From IMG/VR virus record IMGVR_UViG_3300027631_000012: a stretch of DNA of 20,000 nt; one strand, 5' to 3'. This document shows positions 14,744 to 20,000 of this stretch, one piece after another (position 1 is the stretch's first letter; every line of letters begins with the position of its first letter). The stretch is from an uncultured virus (IMG/VR IMGVR_UViG_3300027631_000012) (lineage: Duplodnaviria > Heunggongvirae > Uroviricota > Caudoviricetes). The notes under the pieces were generated by a model. That model had not been told where the DNA came from, searched no databases, and saw only the letters and a list, made by a program, of their open reading frames with translations. The translations under genes and the position numbers were made by a program.

Positions 14744-16919
14744 TTATAACTTCATTTATTTTTTCAATAACCATTTGAGAAGTTATTTCTTTAGTACACT
14801 CAAATTGTCTTTCAGTGTTTTTATATATTGGACACCAATTCCAATCACCACTGTCTAATCTATGTGAGTTAAAACATCCATGACAAACACTTTTATTTAT
14901 AACTCTATATGTATCTGTTGTTGTTTCACTATATTCCTGACTAAATCCAGATATTAAAACTGTTGGTAAGCCAATTGACCACGATAACCAACTTAAACCT
15001 GATCCTAAGCCAACAAAGAACTCACAAGTAGCCATATCGTTTATAACAGATTCTATTGTACCATCGCTTTCAAACTTTCTTATTCCTACTGGATGATTAT
15101 TACCCATATATCCGTCATTTTCTCTTGAATATAAAACAACATCATATCCTTTTAATTTTAGATAATCAACAACTTCTTGCCAACCAGTTGGGTTATTCCA
15201 GTATTTTGCTTGAGCAGTTGAGTGTATTCCAATACCAACTTTTTTCTCTCTTTTACCATTTGGAAATTTAAGTAAAGCTCTTGTTTCTTTATATTCAAGT
15301 CCTAAGATGTCAGAAGCTGTTTTTTGCAAAGGCATTATTCTGAAATCATTTGGGTTTCTAGATAAATTAAACTCACCATCTTTGTAAAACCAACCTAATT
15401 TATACATTGCGTATAATCCAGAAACACCTGTTCCTGGTTCTACAAATTCAATGTCGGGATAAGTGTCTCTAAATAAATTATTCATAAATGTAGAAACAAC
15501 TAAATGACATTTGTGTTTATCTTTGAACTCTCTTATATAAGGAACCCAAGCTAAAGTATCTCCTAATGAACTACTTTCTAAAGTTATAAATACTTTTTTA
15601 CCTTTCAAGTCTAGAGTGTTGTCATATATAAGCTTTCCACTTTCCCATATCTTTGTATTCCACTTAGTAAAATATTCTCTATTCAATCTTATCCAATGAT
15701 TTGATGATAATTCTTCTGAATAATGACATCTACCTGATTCATCATAAAACTCAACTTTGAATTTACTATTACTTTCGCCTTTTATTTCTAAAAATGGATT
15801 ATTAACAAAGTATTGTATTATTTCTGGTTTTGGTATAAATTTAGTTTGACTCGTAATAGGAAGATTTTTAACATTTTTGTAAAACTGAATATGTTGATTC
15901 TCAAATTCAGAAGACCCGTCTATAACTTCATATGTTGATTCCGAATCTAATAGGGAAAGAAGTTTATTTTTAGTAGTAACTATATCATCATTAATTTGTG
16001 TGATATATGGTGTAAACATATCCATATATTGTGGTAAATTTCTTGATATTATTTTAAGACCGTGTGATATAGCTTCTCTTACAACTAATGGATTACATTC
16101 CCAAGTTGAATTAAACATAAAAACATCAGCAGCTCTCATAAATAAATCTGTATCATGTCTTTCTCCCCAAACAGTAACATTTGATGGTATATTACTCATT
16201 ATAGGTCCCCAATATTCCGCAAAGTTTATTGCTTGATTTCCTATAAAATGAAATTGAATTTCTGGATTAGATTGTTCTAATTGTTTTGCTAATTCAACAC
16301 CTTCTTTTTGATTTTTACCGGATGTCCATAATCCTACATTTATAATGTGTTTTTTGTTTGGGTCTAGTCCTAGAATTTCTTTAGCCTGTGATTTCTCTTC
16401 TAAAGTAGGTACTTTATTTTCAATAGGATGTTCCATTACTTCACTATATGAAGGCATTTGAGAAAAAGTAGACATTTTGTGCCAAGGTGTGCAAAAAGCA
16501 TAACCATCAGGATTAAATCTCTTAGATGTGTTTGGATTAAACCAAACATTATGACAAGTTTCAACTATCTTCCAAGTTCTACTATTATCATATAAATCAT
16601 TTAATAGTGAATCTGGTACTACTTGACCAAATCCTTCTAAAATCTCATCAGAGTGAACTATATCAATGTTATTACTTTTAATAATCTCCATTAAACTATA
16701 CTTATCTTCACCTAAAGTAAAAAAGTTCTCAGGTTTAATTAGTTCTTTAATTTTGTTTTTCTGAACTACATATTCGTCACTGAAGTTTGTATATTCTACT
16801 ACAAATAATTCTAATTCTTCTTGTTTTATTATATTTTCAATTCTTTTCAATAGGAAAGCTGGCATTCCTCCTGTTGATAAATGTGGAGCGAGGAATAATA
16901 TCTTTAATTTACTTTGCAT
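14736..16919 (-). CDS. Fusion of an N-terminal GT4 (GT-B) glycosyltransferase and a C-terminal Aah/TibC-family autotransporter-type O-heptosyltransferase
   Basis: N-half: ILFLAPHLSTGG, INVGLWTSGKNQ, FHFIG, FMRAADVFMFNSTWECNPLVVREAISHG (GT4 E-x7-E motif). C-half: SSSLGDTLAWVPY, STAQAKYWNNPTGWQEVVDYLK, FFVGLGSGLSWLSW, VLISGFS, CHGC...WCP...RQFECTKEIT, matching the Aah/TibC motifs. Likely ATG is at 16919 (MQSKLK); the ORF track extends to an alternative start at 16946. The stop overlaps the kinase start by 8 nt. Confidence 0.88.
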   Translation of the reverse strand: MQSKLKILFLAPHLSTGGMPAFLLKRIENIIKQEELELFVVEYTNFSDEYVVQKNKIKELIKPENFFTLGEDKYSLMEIIKSNNIDIVHSDEILEGFGQVVPDSLLNDLYDNSRTWKIVETCHNVWFNPNTSKRFNPDGYAFCTPWHKMSTFSQMPSYSEVMEHPIENKVPTLEEKSQAKEILGLDPNKKHIINVGLWTSGKNQKEGVELAKQLEQSNPEIQFHFIGNQAINFAEYWGPIMSNIPSNVTVWGERHDTDLFMRAADVFMFNSTWECNPLVVREAISHGLKIISRNLPQYMDMFTPYITQINDDIVTTKNKLLSLLDSESTYEVIDGSSEFENQHIQFYKNVKNLPITSQTKFIPKPEIIQYFVNNPFLEIKGESNSKFKVEFYDESGRCHYSEELSSNHWIRLNREYFTKWNTKIWESGKLIYDNTLDLKGKKVFITLESSSLGDTLAWVPYIREFKDKHKCHLVVSTFMNNLFRDTYPDIEFVEPGTGVSGLYAMYKLGWFYKDGEFNLSRNPNDFRIMPLQKTASDILGLEYKETRALLKFPNGKREKKVGIGIHSTAQAKYWNNPTGWQEVVDYLKLKGYDVVLYSRENDGYMGNNHPVGIRKFESDGTIESVINDMATCEFFVGLGSGLSWLSWSIGLPTVLISGFSQEYSETTTDTYRVINKSVCHGCFNSHRLDSGDWNWCPIYKNTERQFECTKEITSQMVIEKINEVINV

Positions 16920-16924
16920 AGTTA

Positions 16925-16932
16925 TATTTATA
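16925..16932 (-). promoter_or_regulatory. TATAAATA (exact T4 late-promoter consensus) 5 nt upstream of the glycosyltransferase ATG
   Basis: Plus-strand tatttata at 16925-16932; the minus strand reads TATAAATAtaactATG. Could be chance in AT-rich DNA. Confidence 0.3.
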
Positions 16933-17003
16933 TTTTTACTTATCAATTATATGAAATATTTTAATAAAGTTAATAGTAAGTGATTAAAAAGTGTTGATAG
17001 AAT

Positions 17004-17014
17004 TTAATATATAA
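17004..17014 (+). promoter_or_regulatory. TTAATATATAA motif, candidate late promoter
   Basis: Ends 3 nt before the ATG at 17018; an identical 11-mer lies upstream of the 19854 start on the minus strand. Confidence 0.5.
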
Positions 17015-17017
17015 GAT

Positions 17018-17782
17018 ATGAAGCTTATAAAATATTTTGAATTCAATCAGAAAGATTTAGAACCTATTGAGTCTTTTTATCTTAAAGATGAATTGAATCC
17101 TAAGTTATGGGATGATTTTAAATTAGAAGATGAAATTAGAGTTCAATTACTTACAATTGCTCAAGATTTCTATGAAAAAGTTGAATTGTCTTCTGATGTT
17201 GTTGATATCGTTCTTGCTGGTTCTTTGTGTAATTATAACTGGTCTGAAAAATATTCGGATTATGATTTACATGTTATTATTGACTTTGATGATGTTGATG
17301 ATAATTTTGAATTAGTTGAGAAAGCTTGTGACTATGCTAAAAAAGTTTGGAATGCACAACACGATATCAAAATTAAAAACTACGAAGTTGAGATAGCTAT
17401 TCAAGATAATGCTGATTTAGATAAAGCTATTGCTGGTGGTAGAATGGGTGGTGTTTTCTCACTATTAAATAATAGATGGATTAAAAGACCAGAAAGAGCC
17501 GATTTTGAACCAGATGAAAAACTCATATCTGAAAAGGCTAAAACTATTATGATGGCAGTTGATGATATTGAAGAAGAATCAGAAGAAGATAAGTATGATG
17601 CTTTTGATGAAAAGATATCTAAAGTTTGGAAAAAGATAAAAAATTATAGACAAAGTGGTTTAGAATCTGAAAGTGGTGAGTATTCAGTTGGTAATTTAGT
17701 TTTTAAGTTATTAAGAAGAAATGGTTACATTGGTAAAATAATGGAACTAAAGAGAAAAGTTTACGATAATCAATTTAAATAA
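17018..17782 (+). CDS. DNA polymerase beta-superfamily nucleotidyltransferase-like protein, substrate unknown
   Basis: hGS-x(11)-DhDh motif (VLAGSLCNYNWSEKYSDYDLHVII), a candidate third acidic residue in YEVEIAIQD, and a helical C-terminal region ending GEYSVGNLVFKLLRRNGY. Confidence 0.72.
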   Translation: MKLIKYFEFNQKDLEPIESFYLKDELNPKLWDDFKLEDEIRVQLLTIAQDFYEKVELSSDVVDIVLAGSLCNYNWSEKYSDYDLHVIIDFDDVDDNFELVEKACDYAKKVWNAQHDIKIKNYEVEIAIQDNADLDKAIAGGRMGGVFSLLNNRWIKRPERADFEPDEKLISEKAKTIMMAVDDIEEESEEDKYDAFDEKISKVWKKIKNYRQSGLESESGEYSVGNLVFKLLRRNGYIGKIMELKRKVYDNQFK

Positions 17783-17783
17783 T

Positions 17784-18488
17784 ATGGAAATTAAAATATC
17801 AGAAATAGAACAAGCTTTCAAAGATATATTTGAAGTAGAAGAAGGTGTTGTTAATACCGTTGAGTCTGTGTATGAAATGTCTTTAGATGAAAAGTTTTAT
17901 AAACTAGTAATTTCAATTCACGGATTATCAACACAAGATACTTCTATTATACATACTAAGTTTATCTTTAAAACAGATTTAGACAAAAGAAATATTATTG
18001 ATAATTCATTCATTTATTTATATGATATCAATTGTATCTACCATAAAATGGAATTTACAAATATTGTTGATATGAAGAAAAAGATAGAAGATATAATTGA
18101 ATCAAAAAGCTTTGGTGAAGATTTACAAATTCTTTCTGACTTTATTGAAGCTCCCGCGATGTTCTTAAACTATTATATGAGAAGATCAAAAATCACTGAC
18201 TATTCAATCTTTGATGTTGAGTATGAGCCTAAATTCAAAACAACACCTTGTGATAAAGTTACCTTTGATTTCAAAATTAACATTAATAATAACTATCATA
18301 TGGAGATGTCTATTCATAAAATAGACAAAAAAAGCGATGATAAAGAAGATAATGTTGATATTTATAAATTTCAGTTCAAATTTATGGATGAGATTGAAAC
18401 ATTTGAATCTGATACAATCAAAAATGTCCATTTCTTTATTGGAGATCACATCGCTAAAATCTTAGATAGAAAATTAAAGAATAAGTAA
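17784..18488 (+). CDS. Hypothetical protein (234 aa)
   Basis: ATG 1 nt after the upstream stop; TAATG stop/start overlap with the next gene at 18486-18490. No family recognised. Confidence 0.85.
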   Translation: MEIKISEIEQAFKDIFEVEEGVVNTVESVYEMSLDEKFYKLVISIHGLSTQDTSIIHTKFIFKTDLDKRNIIDNSFIYLYDINCIYHKMEFTNIVDMKKKIEDIIESKSFGEDLQILSDFIEAPAMFLNYYMRRSKITDYSIFDVEYEPKFKTTPCDKVTFDFKININNNYHMEMSIHKIDKKSDDKEDNVDIYKFQFKFMDEIETFESDTIKNVHFFIGDHIAKILDRKLKNK

Positions 18489-19147
18489 TGAGATTAAAAT
18501 ACTTTGAAAATTTTGTTAATTATCTAAATGAATCAACTGAAGATGTAACTGATTTATCTAAAGAAGAATTAGATGAATTACTTATTCCTATGACTGACTT
18601 AGGAATTGAATATTCAATTACCACTCCTAGAGTTATTACCGATGGTGAGTTTTCTGGTTATAAATCCTTGAATATTCAATTTAGAAACTCATTTAACTTA
18701 GGTCCTGCCGGTGGGTATACAGAACAAATTATTGATGAGAAATTTTGGGATTTCTTAGATGAATTGATAGCTCTTAAAAATCGTTTAGAAAGTTCTAGAG
18801 TTTCTATTAATACAAATTGGAGACATGGTATAGTAGTTACTTTTATACAAAAAGCTAAAGTTGAAGGTGATTTGTTTACAATTCAAAAGCTTTACAATGA
18901 AATGTCTGTTAGAACGAATGCTTCTAAAAGTGATTTTAGTAATGGTATGGTTAAAAGATTTAATAAAGATGAATTAAAAATTGTTGTTACTTGTGGTGGT
19001 AGTTTTGGATCAGCTGAATATACAGATAGAAAGTGGAATGGTCTTTTCAGAGGTATAGATTTTTCTAAATTTAATGTTGAAAAGGAAATTACAGAAGATA
19101 GATATGGTTCAAAATCAGCAACTATTACAATTACTTTAAAAAAGTAA
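18488..19147 (+). CDS. Hypothetical protein (219 aa) with MRLKYFENF...LNE N-terminus; candidate head-internal protein
   Basis: Translationally coupled ORF; N-terminal motif shared with neighbouring genes. Confidence 0.82.
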   Translation: MRLKYFENFVNYLNESTEDVTDLSKEELDELLIPMTDLGIEYSITTPRVITDGEFSGYKSLNIQFRNSFNLGPAGGYTEQIIDEKFWDFLDELIALKNRLESSRVSINTNWRHGIVVTFIQKAKVEGDLFTIQKLYNEMSVRTNASKSDFSNGMVKRFNKDELKIVVTCGGSFGSAEYTDRKWNGLFRGIDFSKFNVEKEITEDRYGSKSATITITLKK

Positions 19148-19406
19148 GAACTTTGTCTAAGTTTTCTCTATTAAAACCATCTGGTAAAGGAATACCACCA
19201 ACTTTTAGATACTCACTATAAATATTATTATACTCATCAATTGTATAGAATTTATTATCTATCTCAGATAAAACTACATTAGTATCGTGAAATGTTACAG
19301 TTTTATTTTGTAATCTAGTTTCACCATAAGCCGGTCCAACTGGTCCAACTAATTCAGTACCAGATACTTCTTCACTGATAAATTGATTAAATTTTTTAAT
19401 CTTCAT
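19131..19406 (-). CDS. Hypothetical protein (91 aa) with MKIKKFNQFISE N-terminus; candidate head-internal protein
   Basis: ATG overlaps the stop region of 19396..19854; N-terminus resembles the T4 internal-protein targeting peptide MKTYQEFIAE. Confidence 0.8.
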   Translation of the reverse strand: MKIKKFNQFISEEVSGTELVGPVGPAYGETRLQNKTVTFHDTNVVLSEIDNKFYTIDEYNNIYSEYLKVGGIPLPDGFNRENLDKVLTFLK

Positions 19407-19854
19407 TTTTAGATTCTATTTTTTCAAAATATTCATCTTGTTCTTGTAGAGAATATTGATCTTTCTTAATACTATATATTAAATTATAAAGGAACTTATC
19501 ATGTAACTGATGTTTTTCATCACCTTTCATAGTAATTATACAAGTATCTTCTTCAAAGTTATTTTCTATTCCAGTTATATCAAGGCCTATTTTACCATTT
19601 CTGTCGTGTAAATCACATATAACTTTCTTACCTATTTCCAATAGTTCGCTAATTTTTTTAAAAGCTGAGTTTTTAGAAATATATAAAAAGTCTTTCATAT
19701 CTTCTTCTCTGGTTGTTTTATATAACTCTAAGAAATTTCTTTCTCTAGTAGTTAGTGACTTCCTATTGGAAACCTTATCTAAAATCTTATTTAGTTCCAT
19801 CTCTTTTACTGATTCGTTAAATAAATAATACTTAATTATTCTTTTTATTTTCAT
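19396..19854 (-). CDS. Hypothetical protein (152 aa) with MKIKRIIKYYLFNES N-terminus
   Basis: ATG at 19854, preceded by the TTAATATATAA motif; 11-nt overlap with the downstream gene. Confidence 0.82.
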   Translation of the reverse strand: MKIKRIIKYYLFNESVKEMELNKILDKVSNRKSLTTRERNFLELYKTTREEDMKDFLYISKNSAFKKISELLEIGKKVICDLHDRNGKIGLDITGIENNFEEDTCIITMKGDEKHQLHDKFLYNLIYSIKKDQYSLQEQDEYFEKIESKNED

Positions 19855-19876
19855 ATTTAATAGTTCCCTTACTCTT

Positions 19877-19887
19877 TTATATATTAA
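19877..19887 (-). promoter_or_regulatory. TTAATATATAA motif, candidate late promoter for the 19854/19406 genes
   Basis: Plus-strand ttatatattaa at 19877-19887, 22 nt upstream of the minus-strand ATG; flanked by a short inverted repeat actctt/aagagt. Confidence 0.5.
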
Positions 19888-19935
19888 GAGTGATAATCAT
19901 ATTTTATATATACATTGTAAAATTTATATTTTTAA

Positions 19936-20000
19936 ATGGATAAGAAGTTATTAGATTCGCTAAATAATTTATCAATTGCTCTTGAGAGTATTGCAGACAT
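19936..20000 (+). CDS. Start of a 3'-truncated ORF (MDKKLLDSLNNLSIALESIAD...)
   Basis: ATG at 19936, open to the window end, amphipathic helix-like sequence, divergent from the 19854 gene. Too short to assign a function. Confidence 0.6.
   Translation, partial: MDKKLLDSLNNLSIALESIAD

Noticed and set aside
14184..18449. Small overlapping ORFs 14184-14396, 14592-14858, 15056-15271, 16000-16236, 17130-17315 and 18204-18449
   Set aside because: They lie inside well-supported longer genes in other frames and show no recognisable motifs.

Overview
AT-rich, gene-dense DNA that reads as part of a large (jumbo/T4-like) bacteriophage genome; this is inferred from gene content, since no hallmark capsid or terminase gene is in the window. 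The first 13.5 kb encodes two giant paralogous Gly-X-Y repeat proteins made almost entirely of Gly-Ser-Ser/Gly-Thr-Ser triplets interrupted by ~120-aa globular domains. One is 5'-truncated (<2..3466); the other is 3289 aa (3653..13522) with about 711 in-register triplets. Converging on them from the minus strand is a two-gene unit: a GT4 glycosyltransferase fused to an Aah/TibC-family serine O-heptosyltransferase with its iron-finger cysteines intact, and a stand-alone HldE/RfaE-domain-I heptose-7-phosphate kinase. The best candidate novel system is a virus-encoded ADP-heptose-dependent protein O-glycosylation pathway that decorates very long Ser-rich virion fibres. The last 3 kb has a Pol-beta-type nucleotidyltransferase and small acidic proteins, several with N-termini resembling the T4 capsid-targeting sequence, plus a recurring TTAATATATA upstream motif. 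The many other long ORFs over the repeats are shadow frames.
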